From Candidatus Dormiibacterota bacterium (lineage in GTDB: Bacteria; Chloroflexota; Dormibacteria; CF-121), in NCBI GenBank assembly GCA_036732165.1, contig DAINCX010000002.1, positions 8,462 through 72,461 of the forward strand: DNA of 64,000 bases, written 5' to 3'. Made by a program: the position numbers and the translations under genes. Shown piece by piece: positions 55,700 through 64,000 of this stretch (positions are counted from its first letter, which is position 1; each line of letters begins with the position of its first letter). The notes below the pieces were generated by a model. That model had not been told where the DNA came from, made no database searches, and saw only the letters and a program-made list of their open reading frames with translations.

Positions 55700-55763
55700 C
55701 GGCAGACGCTCGGGGCTTCTGCGTTTGGACGTAGCGTGACGCAACGGTTGTGAAGCCATTTGG

Positions 55764-55788
55764 CTACCCGGCCCGTTGTACCGGGTAG
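55764..55788 (+). promoter_or_regulatory. Perfect 8-bp stem hairpin, CTACCCGG-(9 nt)-CCGGGTAG, abutting the RBS of the small ORF
   Basis: Read directly. The 3' arm overlaps the GGGTAGAGAG Shine-Dalgarno-like stretch 10 nt before the ATG at 55799. No U-tract follows. Confidence 0.4.
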
Positions 55789-55798
55789 AGAGAATCCG

Positions 55799-55990
55799 AT
55801 GAAACCACTGAGTGCCGAGCTGGCCGCCCGCGCCTGGGAATTCGCCCAGGGGCTCGACCTCGAGGAGTACCGCCGGCTGCAGCAGGAGGTCCGGGCTGCC
55901 TGGCCCGCGACCGCGAAGCTGGAGCGGCTCGAGTTCGATCGTGCCTTCCTGGCCTTCATTGCGGAACGCTGGCTCGATAAAGCCGCCTGA
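55799..55990 (+). CDS. Hypothetical 63-aa protein
   Basis: MKPLSAELAARAWEFAQGLDLEEYRRLQQEVRAAW... A purine-rich RBS precedes it. It is the first gene of a co-directional four-gene cluster. Confidence 0.4.
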   Translation: MKPLSAELAARAWEFAQGLDLEEYRRLQQEVRAAWPATAKLERLEFDRAFLAFIAERWLDKAA

Positions 55991-56063
55991 CGGCTCGCGA
56001 GCGGCCGTCGGCCCTGGGTGCAAGCCCTTCTGAGTTGGGGCGTTACTCGCGGCAGGCCACGAG

Positions 56064-57035
56064 ATGTCACTCAATGACGGGCTGGCGCTGATTCGCCGGC
56101 ATGACTTCGAAGGCGCCCTGCCTTTGCTCGCTGCCGAGGTCCGCGCGCGCCCGGACGATGCCTACGCCGCCTACTACCTCGCCTACGCGTTCGTCGGCGC
56201 CCAGGATCCGCAGCCGGCGACCACCCTGCTCAAACGCATCCTCGAGGCGCACCCGGACTTCACGGAGGCGCGCACCCTGCTGGGCCTCAGCCGCATCCGC
56301 ACGTCGGACTTCGCCGGCGCGAGCGCCGAATACGATGCTGTCCTGAGCCGCGATCCCAAGAATGCCGCCGCCCTGCTGGGCCTCGGCATGATCCATTACT
56401 GGCGTCGGGAGACGGCCGCCGCCGAGGACTACCTTGACCGGGCCCTCCGAGTCGATCCCGGCGCCCGGGACGCGATGGTCTTCAAAGCAGACTTGCGCTC
56501 TGCCGACTCGGACCTGGGCGCCGCCGTCATGCTCTTGCAGGACGCCAGGCGGATGCGCCGGCCGGCCCTCGCCGAGATTTCCGACGCCGAGATCGCCGAC
56601 CGGTTGGTCCGCTACGAGGCGGCGCGCCAGCCCCTGCGCCGCGCGCGCGCCGGCCTGCCCCCGATGCCGGGCTGGGTGCTCGGCGTGCTCGGGATCACGC
56701 TGGTTCTGACGCTGCTGGCCGGCGCCGGCCTTCCCGGTGCCTGGAGCGGACTGAGCCATTACCAGGCGGGCAAGCTGCGGCTCCTTGGGAACGACTATTC
56801 CGGCTGCGCCTCTGAGATGGAGCACGCGGTCGAGGCCGTCCCCGACTCGCCGAAGGCCTGGGCGTACGAGGGCTACTGCTACCTGCTCGACCACGACAAC
56901 CGGGCCGGGTTGTCGGCCTGGTACACGGCACGCAGCTACGATCCCGCGATCACCCTGGATACCCAGGCAGACCAGCTGGCCATGCTGGCCAAGGTGCGGC
57001 AGGCCAACCTTCCGCCCAAGGTGAATGCCAAGTGA
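56064..57035 (+). CDS. TPR-repeat protein with a C-terminal TM segment
   Basis: Several 34-aa TPR-like units (...AYYLAYAFVGAQDPQPATTLLKRILEAHPDF...); TM segment WVLGVLGITLVLTLLAGAGL. Confidence 0.65.
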   Translation: MSLNDGLALIRRHDFEGALPLLAAEVRARPDDAYAAYYLAYAFVGAQDPQPATTLLKRILEAHPDFTEARTLLGLSRIRTSDFAGASAEYDAVLSRDPKNAAALLGLGMIHYWRRETAAAEDYLDRALRVDPGARDAMVFKADLRSADSDLGAAVMLLQDARRMRRPALAEISDAEIADRLVRYEAARQPLRRARAGLPPMPGWVLGVLGITLVLTLLAGAGLPGAWSGLSHYQAGKLRLLGNDYSGCASEMEHAVEAVPDSPKAWAYEGYCYLLDHDNRAGLSAWYTARSYDPAITLDTQADQLAMLAKVRQANLPPKVNAK

Positions 57036-57895
57036 GTGGCGCGCTGGACCCCGTACAACAGGACCTTCCCTTCGAGCTTCCCAGCGCCCCGATGGGTCCG
57101 AAAGATCAGCCAGGGGGCCTCTCGCCGGCACGCTCGGACGCCACCGAGCCTCCGGCGACCCAGGCGGCGCTGACCCCCTCGCTCTACGAACAGGCCTGGT
57201 CACGGCTTCGGGCCCTCCCCTGGGAGCGCTGGCGCAACCAGGCGACGCCGATCGTCCGCTCCGGGGTGCAGCAGCTCGGCAGCGTCGCGCAGGTTGCCGT
57301 CAAACGCGGAACCCCCTATACGGTCAAGCTGGCCCGGGCCACCGTGCAGGTGAGCCTGATTCGGGCCTTCCCGCTGTTGGTCGCTCGCACCATCCACCTG
57401 TTCGGGTTTCCCGCCGTGGTGCTGCGGACCGCGATCCAGTGCACGGTCGCCCACCGCCTGGGCATGCTGATCGACGACGTGGCCTTCTTTCGGGTTGATG
57501 ACCCGGCCGGGTACACCGTGTACGAAGCCCCCAGCCGGCTGGGGAGCGCGCTGGCGATTGCCTATCTGCCGACCCTCGTTCTGTTTGTGTTGGCGATCCT
57601 CTGCCTGGCCCCTGCGCTGGCCCCGCGTGCCCTCCTCCACCTGCCGGTGACCTGGCTGACCTGGGTGCAGATCTGGCTCGGATTCGCTTTTGCGAGCCAT
57701 GCGCTCCCCTCCTACGAGGAGGCCGGCCCGGTGGCCGAGCAGGCCCGGGTGGGGGTCACCCAGGCGGACCCGGTCGCGGTCTTCTGGGTCATCCCGGCGC
57801 AAGCGGTCGCGCTGGCGACCCGGCTGGGGGGCATCCTGCCGGCAGTGCTTGGCGTGGCGACCGCGTGGTGGCTCGCCAGCGCCATCTTCCGCTAA
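57032..57895 (+). CDS. Hypothetical polytopic membrane protein
   Basis: GTG start that overlaps the TPR gene stop (GTGA). 287 aa with about 5 TM segments. Confidence 0.5.
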   Translation: MSGALDPVQQDLPFELPSAPMGPKDQPGGLSPARSDATEPPATQAALTPSLYEQAWSRLRALPWERWRNQATPIVRSGVQQLGSVAQVAVKRGTPYTVKLARATVQVSLIRAFPLLVARTIHLFGFPAVVLRTAIQCTVAHRLGMLIDDVAFFRVDDPAGYTVYEAPSRLGSALAIAYLPTLVLFVLAILCLAPALAPRALLHLPVTWLTWVQIWLGFAFASHALPSYEEAGPVAEQARVGVTQADPVAVFWVIPAQAVALATRLGGILPAVLGVATAWWLASAIFR

Positions 57896-57944
57896 GCGGA
57901 CTGAACCATTCGTGAGCGCGGCGCCTTCCTGTAGGCTTCGCACC

Positions 57945-58511
57945 GTGATTCGTCGGCGCGTCGCGCAGGTCCTCACCGCCAGTGTTGGCTTGGCCTTCCT
58001 GTCGGGATGTGGCGCCACCGCCGACCAGGCGCCTCCCCTGCAGGCCACGGCCTCGGCCACAGGCTGCGCGAGTGGGCAAGGCTACCAGCACGCGACCCTC
58101 GGCTATCGGCTCTGCTATCCGAATGGCTGGACCAGCCGCGATTACACCGCGGAGCCGGGCTCCGGGGGCGCCCTCAGCGTCGTCGCGTTCGGACCGCCGT
58201 CCGCGGTGCCGACCCATGTGCCGGGCCAGACCGAGTTCCAGCCACCGGTGGAAGTGCGGGTCGTGGCCGGCTTAAAGGGGCCGCTCGAAACCAGCCTGGC
58301 CCAGACCAACCAGATCACGCAGGCCCAGGTTGCCGGCGTGGCCGCCGACCGGATCGATGTCACCGAGTCAGGCCCCGCGGCCGGGGCGATCTTCCTGGTG
58401 CTCGAACACCAGGGGAACACCATCGTGATCGAGAAAGGCCCCGGATCGGCCTATACCGCCGAGTTCCAGCGGATCCTCGGCTCCTTCGCCTTCGCCGCGG
58501 CCTCCGGGTAG
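57945..58511 (+). CDS. Putative lipoprotein
   Basis: The start was trimmed to the GTG at 57945. Signal peptide VIRRRVAQVLTASVGLAFLSGC with lipobox L-S-G-C. Confidence 0.5.
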   Translation: MIRRRVAQVLTASVGLAFLSGCGATADQAPPLQATASATGCASGQGYQHATLGYRLCYPNGWTSRDYTAEPGSGGALSVVAFGPPSAVPTHVPGQTEFQPPVEVRVVAGLKGPLETSLAQTNQITQAQVAGVAADRIDVTESGPAAGAIFLVLEHQGNTIVIEKGPGSAYTAEFQRILGSFAFAAASG

Positions 58512-58545
58512 GCGGTCCGATAAGCCCGTCGGGCTCCGAGCGGCT

Positions 58546-58912
58546 GGTGGAGGCGGCGAGAATCGAACTCGCGTCCGAAGCAGCGTCCCGCAAGACATCT
58601 ACGAGCGTAGTCCCGAAATTTCATCTCGCCTGCCCGGCTCCCATGGGACTGGATCCGGACAAGCCAGTCGCGGTGGGAAGTCCCCCCGGCGGCCGCGACG
58701 CCCGCCGGGAGCGAGTCAGCGGAGTTTCCGCCGGACACCGTTCCTGCTGACCGAGAACGGGCCGGCGCCGGGGACGAATCCCCGGGTGACTTCGCTACTT
58801 ACGCAGCGTAAGCCAGTTCGCGATTGGCGTTTATAGCCTTGCCGCTTTTACGTGCTCGGCGACACGGCCCGCCATCTTGCAGACCACTACCCCGTCGAGA
58901 CCTGGCGCCCCC
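58546..58912 (-). ncRNA. ssrA: tmRNA (ssrA)
   Basis: The 5' end GGGGGCGCCAGGTCTCGACGGGG pairs with the 3' end ...GGACGCGAGTTCGATTCTCGCCGCCTCCACCA, which carries the G3:U70 alanine identity pair. An internal reading frame reads ...GCC AAT CGC GAA CTG GCT TAC GCT GCG TAA. It lies immediately downstream of smpB. Confidence 0.88.
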
Positions 58913-58964
58913 GCCAGCTGCCCGGAGCAGCCTTGATTGTACCCCGCGCTCGCGGCTTCAATCG

Positions 58965-59438
58965 TCAGGCACGCGACTTGCTGGCGCGGTCCATCTCTCT
59001 CCTGGCGTCCTTGGCGGCAATGGTTTCGCGCTTGTCGTAGAGCCGTTTCCCCTTGGCCAGCCCGATCTCGAGCTTGACCCGGTTGCGAAGCCAGTACAGG
59101 CGCAGGGGGATCATGGTCAGGCCCTTCTGCTTGATCGTGATCCCGAGGCGGATGATCTCGGCCCGGTGCAGCAGGAGTTTGCGCTCGCGTTTGGCTTCGT
59201 GATTGCTGCTGTGGCCGCGCTCATAGGGGCTGATGTGGACGTTGACCAGGAACGCCTCGCCACCCCGCATCGTGACGTAGCCCTCGCGGAGGTTGGCGCC
59301 CCCCTCGCGCAGTGACTTGATCTCGGTGCCCTGCAGCTCGAGGCCCGCTTCCACGGTCTCCAGGATGAAGTAGTTGTGGTAGGCGGCCCGGTTGTTGGCG
59401 ATCGTGGGATCGGTGTCGGACTTCGCCCGCGGGCTCAT
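58965..59438 (-). CDS. smpB: SsrA-binding protein SmpB
   Basis: The start was trimmed to Met26, the ATG at 59436-59438. ...IANNRAAYHNYFILETVEAGLELQGTEIKSLREG... Confidence 0.9.
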   Translation of the reverse strand: MSPRAKSDTDPTIANNRAAYHNYFILETVEAGLELQGTEIKSLREGGANLREGYVTMRGGEAFLVNVHISPYERGHSSNHEAKRERKLLLHRAEIIRLGITIKQKGLTMIPLRLYWLRNRVKLEIGLAKGKRLYDKRETIAAKDARREMDRASKSRA

Positions 59439-60310
59439 CGGCGCCCCCGAGCCCAGGCCGCGCCGGCCATCGGGCGGCCACCCGCCGGCTGGACGCGGTC
59501 GAGGGTGAACCACCCATCGACGGTTTCAATCGGGAGGCCGTCCCCGGCCGGCACCTTGCCAAGGTGTCCGGCAAGCACCTTGATGGCCGCGCCCTGGAGC
59601 GTGATCCAGCACCCCGGCTGCGGGGTCAGGGCGCGGACGCGGCGGTCGAGTTCGCTGGCGGGCATGGCGTGCGGGTCCAGCTTGCCATCTTCCGACGTCA
59701 GGCGACGTGCATAGGTTGCGCCGTCCGCCGGCTGGGATCTCGGGGTGATGGCGCCGCGCTCGAGCGATTCCACCGTCCTGACGAGGAGCGCGGCGCCGCG
59801 CTCGGCCAGCCGTGCCTCGAGCGATGGCGTCGTCTCATCCGGGCCGATCGGCATCGATTCCTGGGTCAGGATCGGGCCGGTATCGAGTCCGGCGTCCATC
59901 TGCATGATCGTGACCCCGGTCTCCGAATCCCCTGAGAGAATCGCCCAGGCGATCGGCGCCGCCCCCCGATGGCGCGGCAGTAAGGAGGCGTGCAGATTGA
60001 GCGTGCCCATCGGCGGCACGGCCAGCAGCTCGGGCGGCAGGATCTGCCCGTAGGCCACCACCACGTGGAGATCGGCGGCGACCTGGCGAAGGCGCTGGAG
60101 TGAGTTGGCGTCCTTGAGGCGGTCGGGCTGGAAGAGGTCGAGGCCAAGCGCGGCGGCGGCCTGCTTCACCGGTGATCGCCGCGAGCGCAAGCCCCGTCCG
60201 GCCGGACGGTCAGGCTGCGTGATGACCAGGGCGATCTCGTGACCGGCCTCGACCAGGCGCTGCAGGCTGGGCACCGCGAACGGAGCGGTCCCGCTAAAGA
60301 CGATCCGCAG
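59435..60310 (-). CDS. fmt: Methionyl-tRNA formyltransferase (start codon unresolved)
   Basis: ...HASLLPRHRGAAPIAWAILSGDSETGVTIMQMDAGLDTGPIL... The in-frame upstream sequence reads SLRIVFSGTAPFAVPSLQ, the canonical Fmt N-terminus, but the only candidate start is the CTG at 60308-60310, 1 nt after the def stop. Confidence 0.85.
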   Translation of the reverse strand: MRIVFSGTAPFAVPSLQRLVEAGHEIALVITQPDRPAGRGLRSRRSPVKQAAAALGLDLFQPDRLKDANSLQRLRQVAADLHVVVAYGQILPPELLAVPPMGTLNLHASLLPRHRGAAPIAWAILSGDSETGVTIMQMDAGLDTGPILTQESMPIGPDETTPSLEARLAERGAALLVRTVESLERGAITPRSQPADGATYARRLTSEDGKLDPHAMPASELDRRVRALTPQPGCWITLQGAAIKVLAGHLGKVPAGDGLPIETVDGWFTLDRVQPAGGRPMAGAAWARGRR

Positions 60311-60311
60311 G

Positions 60312-60815
60312 CTACGCGCCGACGAGCTCCGCTTCCTTCTCCTCTTCCTGCGGCTCGACCTTCCGCAGGGTGTCGAGGCTGGTCAGGCGGTCCGTGAAAA
60401 GGATGCCATCCAGGTGATCGATCTCATGTTGGATCGCCCGGGCCAGCAGGCCATCGCCCTTCACCTTGACCAGCTTGCCGTGCCGGTTGAGTCCGCGGGC
60501 GACCACCTGCATGTGTCGCTTGACCTCGCCTACGTAGCCCGGCACGGAGAGGCAACCCTCGAGACCCACCTGCTCACCCTCCCACTTCACCATCTCCGGG
60601 TTCACCAGCGTGTGCAGGTTGGTGTCCGTCTTGAACACGATCACGCGAAGCCCGACGCCCACCTGGGGCGCGGCGAGGCCGACCCCAGGGGCGGCAACCA
60701 TGGTGTCGACCATGTCATCGATCAGCTGGCGGATGCTGCTGTCCACGCGCGAGACTCGCTTCGCCTTCTGGCGAAGGATCGCCGCTTCCTGGGTCAGGAT
60801 GGGAAGGAGTGCCAT
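60312..60815 (-). CDS. def: Peptide deformylase
   Basis: ...GVGLAAPQVG...EGCLSVPG...HEIDHLDG...: the three Def motifs. Confidence 0.92.
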   Translation of the reverse strand: MALLPILTQEAAILRQKAKRVSRVDSSIRQLIDDMVDTMVAAPGVGLAAPQVGVGLRVIVFKTDTNLHTLVNPEMVKWEGEQVGLEGCLSVPGYVGEVKRHMQVVARGLNRHGKLVKVKGDGLLARAIQHEIDHLDGILFTDRLTSLDTLRKVEPQEEEKEAELVGA

Positions 60816-60823
60816 GGTTTGCG

Positions 60824-62851
60824 CTACATGGGGTCGACGTCGAGGCTCCAGCCCCGACCTCGCGGAACTCGGTCGGCGAGGCGGTGGAGGTCGCGGCCCC
60901 GAATCGTCACCTCGAACCGAAACTCATCCTTGAGGCGGTACAGGAACGCGGGAGACGGTCCCAGGACCTCAATGTCGCCCAAATTGAGCAGCCCGATTGT
61001 AGCAGACAGATGTTCGACCGCCGTCCGCGACTCCGCCTCGGCGCGCTTCTCGTCCCGGTGCGAGTAGGTCGCCAGGATGAGCTCGGTAAACGGTGGAAAT
61101 CGGTAGGCGCGTCGCAGCTCCAGCTCCTCACGGAAAAAGCCACGATAGTCGTGGTACCGAGCGTGGCGGATCGCCGGATGGTCCGGCGTATAGGTCTGGA
61201 TGAAGACCTCGGAGGGACTGGGCCCGCGCCCCGCGCGCCCGGCAACCTGGGTGAGCAGGCTGAAGGTTCGCTCCGATGATCGGTAATCGGGAAAGTGCAG
61301 GCTGGTGTCGGCATTGACCACCCCCACGGTGGTGACCTCCGGCAGGTCCAGACCTTTGGCGACCAGTTGGGTCCCGACCAGGATGTCCGCGTCGTGACGA
61401 ACCATCCGTTCGAAGACCAGGTCCGCCGCCTCCGCGGTCTTCATCACGTCGCGATCCAGCCGCGCCACCCGCACGCCCGGGAACAGCTTGAGCACCTCCT
61501 GCTCGATCCGCTCGGTACCGACGCCGAAGCTCTTGATGTAGCGGCTGCCGCACTCGGGGCAGCGTCGTGGAAGGGGCTCCTCACTCCCGCAGTAGTGACA
61601 TTGCAGCCGCGTCAGGGACGCATGGTAGACGAGCGCGACGCTGCAATGCGGGCACTCCCGCACTCGGCCGCAATCGCGGCACAACACGAAGGTCGCCAGC
61701 CCGCGGCGGTTCAGGAACAGGATGCATTGCTGCCGGTTGCGCAACGACCCGGCAATGCCTTCCTGCAGCGCCTGGCTGAGCGGACTGAAGCGTTGGGCCT
61801 GGATCTCCCGGCGCATGTCGACGATCGTGACCGGCGGGAGGCTCCGGCCCATCACGCGATGCGGCAGCTCGAGCAGCCGGTCCTTCCCCGCCACCGCCCG
61901 CGCGTAGGTGACGATGCTCGGCGTCGCGCTGCCGAGCACCAGGACCGAACGGGTCCGCTGGGCCAGCCAGCGGGCCACGGTGGGCGCGTGATAGCGCGGG
62001 ATCCGCTCCTGCTTGAAGGCCGACGCTTCCTCTTCGTCGATGACGATCAGGCGCAGTCGATTGAGCGGCGCGAAGACCGCCGCCCGGGGGCCGATCACGA
62101 TGTCGGCTTCACCCCGCCGAATCCGCCACCACTCCGCCGCCCGTTCTGCCTCGGTGAGCCCGCTGTGGAGCACCGCCAGCCGACCGGGGAATCGTGCCCC
62201 GAACCGCACCACCGTTTGCGGCGTCAAGGCAATCTCTGGAATGAGCGCGAGCGCCTGGCCCCCGTCCCGTAGCACCTGGTCAAGCAGCGCCAGGTAGACC
62301 TCCGTCTTGCCGCTCCCGGTGACGCCGTGAAGCAGGAAGACCTCCGACTCCTGGCGCCTCAGGCTGACGGCGATGCGCTCCATGGCCGCCTGCTGGGCCG
62401 GCTCGAGGTCGAGCGGAGCGACCGCGGGGCCGGCGGTGGCGGCCAGGATGCGGCTGCGGCGGCGGCGGGTCCCCGGCCTCTTGGCGGCCAGCCGAACCCT
62501 GGGTGGGATGGCGGCGCGGATCACCTCGTCGAGCGGAACCAGGTAGTAGCCGGCGACGAAAACCGCCATCTCGACGAGGACCGCCGGAAGAACTGGTTCG
62601 GCGTCGACCACCGCCTCGATCGGCCGCAGGGCCACCACCGCCGGGGCCTGGTCGAGCGCGCACACGAAGCCGGTCACGCTACGGCGACCAAAGGGCACCC
62701 GCACACGCTGGCCAACTTGGACCTGCCCCTGCAGCGGCTCCGGGATCAGGTAGTCGAAGACCCCCGTCTGGCTGCCGACGCGGGCATCGACCGCCACCTG
62801 CGCGACCGCCCGGACGGCGACCTCAGGACTGGCGGTGGCGAGCGGCATCAA
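60824..62851 (-). CDS. priA: Primosomal protein N' (replication restart helicase PriA)
   Basis: ...GVTGSGKTEVYL... (Walker A); Cys-rich zinc insert CRDCGRV...CPHCSVALVYH...CHYCGSEEP...CPECGS. Confidence 0.9.
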   Translation of the reverse strand: MMPLATASPEVAVRAVAQVAVDARVGSQTGVFDYLIPEPLQGQVQVGQRVRVPFGRRSVTGFVCALDQAPAVVALRPIEAVVDAEPVLPAVLVEMAVFVAGYYLVPLDEVIRAAIPPRVRLAAKRPGTRRRRSRILAATAGPAVAPLDLEPAQQAAMERIAVSLRRQESEVFLLHGVTGSGKTEVYLALLDQVLRDGGQALALIPEIALTPQTVVRFGARFPGRLAVLHSGLTEAERAAEWWRIRRGEADIVIGPRAAVFAPLNRLRLIVIDEEEASAFKQERIPRYHAPTVARWLAQRTRSVLVLGSATPSIVTYARAVAGKDRLLELPHRVMGRSLPPVTIVDMRREIQAQRFSPLSQALQEGIAGSLRNRQQCILFLNRRGLATFVLCRDCGRVRECPHCSVALVYHASLTRLQCHYCGSEEPLPRRCPECGSRYIKSFGVGTERIEQEVLKLFPGVRVARLDRDVMKTAEAADLVFERMVRHDADILVGTQLVAKGLDLPEVTTVGVVNADTSLHFPDYRSSERTFSLLTQVAGRAGRGPSPSEVFIQTYTPDHPAIRHARYHDYRGFFREELELRRAYRFPPFTELILATYSHRDEKRAEAESRTAVEHLSATIGLLNLGDIEVLGPSPAFLYRLKDEFRFEVTIRGRDLHRLADRVPRGRGWSLDVDPM

Positions 62852-64000
62852 TGGCGTCCCAGATCCGCTCCGCGACCTCCCACTTGGGCAACCGGGGAAC
62901 CTGGATCACGGGCCCCGAGGCGGGAATGATGGTCACGGCGTTGAAGTCGCTCCCCAGCCCCTGGTCAGGCCCACCGACCTGGTTGGCCACGATCATGTCC
63001 AGGCCTTTCGACGCCAGCTTGCGCCGGGCCTGCGTTTCGAGATCCTCGGTTTCCGCGGCGAAGCCGACCCGAAAGAGGCCTTCGCGGGCACCCATCCGCT
63101 GCAGGATGTCGACGTTCGGGCCCAATGTCAAGGTCAAGGGCTGGTCCCGGCGCCGAATCTTGGAGTTCGCCGCCACGGCGGGTGTATAGTCGGCGACCGC
63201 CGCCGCCATCACGAGCACGTCGGCCTCAGGCGCCGCCGCCTGGAGCGCCGCCAGCATCTCGCCGGCGCTGGTGACGGGGACTTCTCGCATCCCCTCCAGG
63301 CCGGTGGGCACGCTCGTGACCAGCGTGACCGAGGCGCCCCGGGCCACCGCGACTTCCGCCAGGGCGCGTCCCATCTTCCCACTGGAGAAATTGCCCACGT
63401 ACCGAACCGGGTCGATCGCCTCGCGCGTCCCGCCCGCACTCACGAGCACCCTGGTTCCCGCCAGATTGTGCCGGCCCTGCAGGACCGCCCCGATGGCCGC
63501 GACCACGCGGCTCGGCGCCGCCAGCCGGCCGAGCCCGGTCTCCCCGGAGGCGAGGCGGCCGCTGGTGGGCATCACGATGACGGCGCCGCGCTGCTCCAGG
63601 GTCTGGAGGTTGTCCTGGGTCGCTTGATGGGTGAACATCCGATCGTGCATCGCCGGCGCCAGCACCAGGGGCGCCCGGCTGGCCAGCACCGTGCCGGAGA
63701 GGATCTCGTCGGCAAGGCCCCGGGCCAGCTTCGCCATCGTATTCGCGGTCGCCGGCACGATCGCGACGACCTCGGCCCATTGCGACAATTCGACGTGCGG
63801 CTCCCCCGCGCCCCGAGCGTCGAGCCAGTCGCACGCGACGGCATGGTACGAGAGAGCCTCGAAGGTCAGCGGGCTGACGAAGCGTGTCGCCTCGGGAGTC
63901 ATGATCACGCGGACCTCGGCCCCCAACTCGGTCAGGAGGCGAAGACACTCGATCGCCTTGTAGGCGGCGATCCCGCCGGTGACCCCCAGGGCCACGCGGC
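62823..64000 (-). CDS. coaBC: Phosphopantothenoylcysteine decarboxylase / phosphopantothenate-cysteine ligase (5' end beyond the window)
   Basis: ...LGVTGGIAAYKAIECLRLL... (flavoprotein domain); ...GNFSSGKMGRALAEVA... (CoaB domain). The ORF is still open at nt 64000. Confidence 0.9.
   Translation of the reverse strand, partial: RVALGVTGGIAAYKAIECLRLLTELGAEVRVIMTPEATRFVSPLTFEALSYHAVACDWLDARGAGEPHVELSQWAEVVAIVPATANTMAKLARGLADEILSGTVLASRAPLVLAPAMHDRMFTHQATQDNLQTLEQRGAVIVMPTSGRLASGETGLGRLAAPSRVVAAIGAVLQGRHNLAGTRVLVSAGGTREAIDPVRYVGNFSSGKMGRALAEVAVARGASVTLVTSVPTGLEGMREVPVTSAGEMLAALQAAAPEADVLVMAAAVADYTPAVAANSKIRRRDQPLTLTLGPNVDILQRMGAREGLFRVGFAAETEDLETQARRKLASKGLDMIVANQVGGPDQGLGSDFNAVTIIPASGPVIQVPRLPKWEVAERIWDAIDAARHRQS

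Noticed and set aside
58360-58750. ORFs overlapping 58360-58750 on both strands
   Set aside because: The region is occupied by the tmRNA gene (58546-58912) and the end of the lipoprotein gene; these are structured-RNA artefacts.

Overview
This 64 kb window is a gene-dense, high-GC (about 65-68 percent) bacterial chromosomal segment, almost all protein-coding, with most genes on the minus strand and many 1-4 nt start/stop overlaps (ATGA/GTGA) that suggest translational coupling. From the sequence I can support the following content. (i) 1-13.8 kb is an envelope glycosylation island: at least five GT-C-fold polytopic membrane proteins, two GT2 polyprenol-phosphate sugar synthases, a TagA/WecB-family GT26, three GT4 and one GT9 enzyme. 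(ii) 13.8-35.5 kb is a housekeeping run with Bacillus/terrabacterial-type synteny: mreB(mbl-like), murA, the complete F1Fo ATP synthase operon atpZ-I-B-E-F-H-A-G-D-C, wecA/tagO-like, glyA, tsaC, prmC, prfA, DUF1385, rpmE, an M50 protease, a radical-SAM protein, an M23/LysM peptidase, glpX and pyrG. (iii) 35.6-50 kb carries a GH15 hydrolase, argS, an HtrA protease, GNAT-SPFH-NfeD, a YcaQ/AlkZ-like DNA glycosylase, tRNA-Thr(CGT) followed by a small CGGC-domain ORF, clpB and a solitary dnaK. (iv) 50-64 kb carries a TrkA-N protein, a TM-anchored UspA, an orphan response regulator, CoA-transferase A/B plus an acyl-CoA synthetase, an uncharacterised four-gene membrane/TPR/lipoprotein operon, smpB-ssrA (tmRNA), def, fmt, priA and the 5'-truncated coaBC. 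I saw no CRISPR array, transposase, integrase or prophage signature. The points I would look at again are a roughly 95-aa Ala/Glu/Lys/Pro repeat tail fused to the ATP synthase beta subunit, the architecture of the glycosylation island, a perfect 9-bp palindromic operator-like site, a tmRNA with a predicted ...LAYAA tag, and several genes whose start codons are non-canonical or unresolved.
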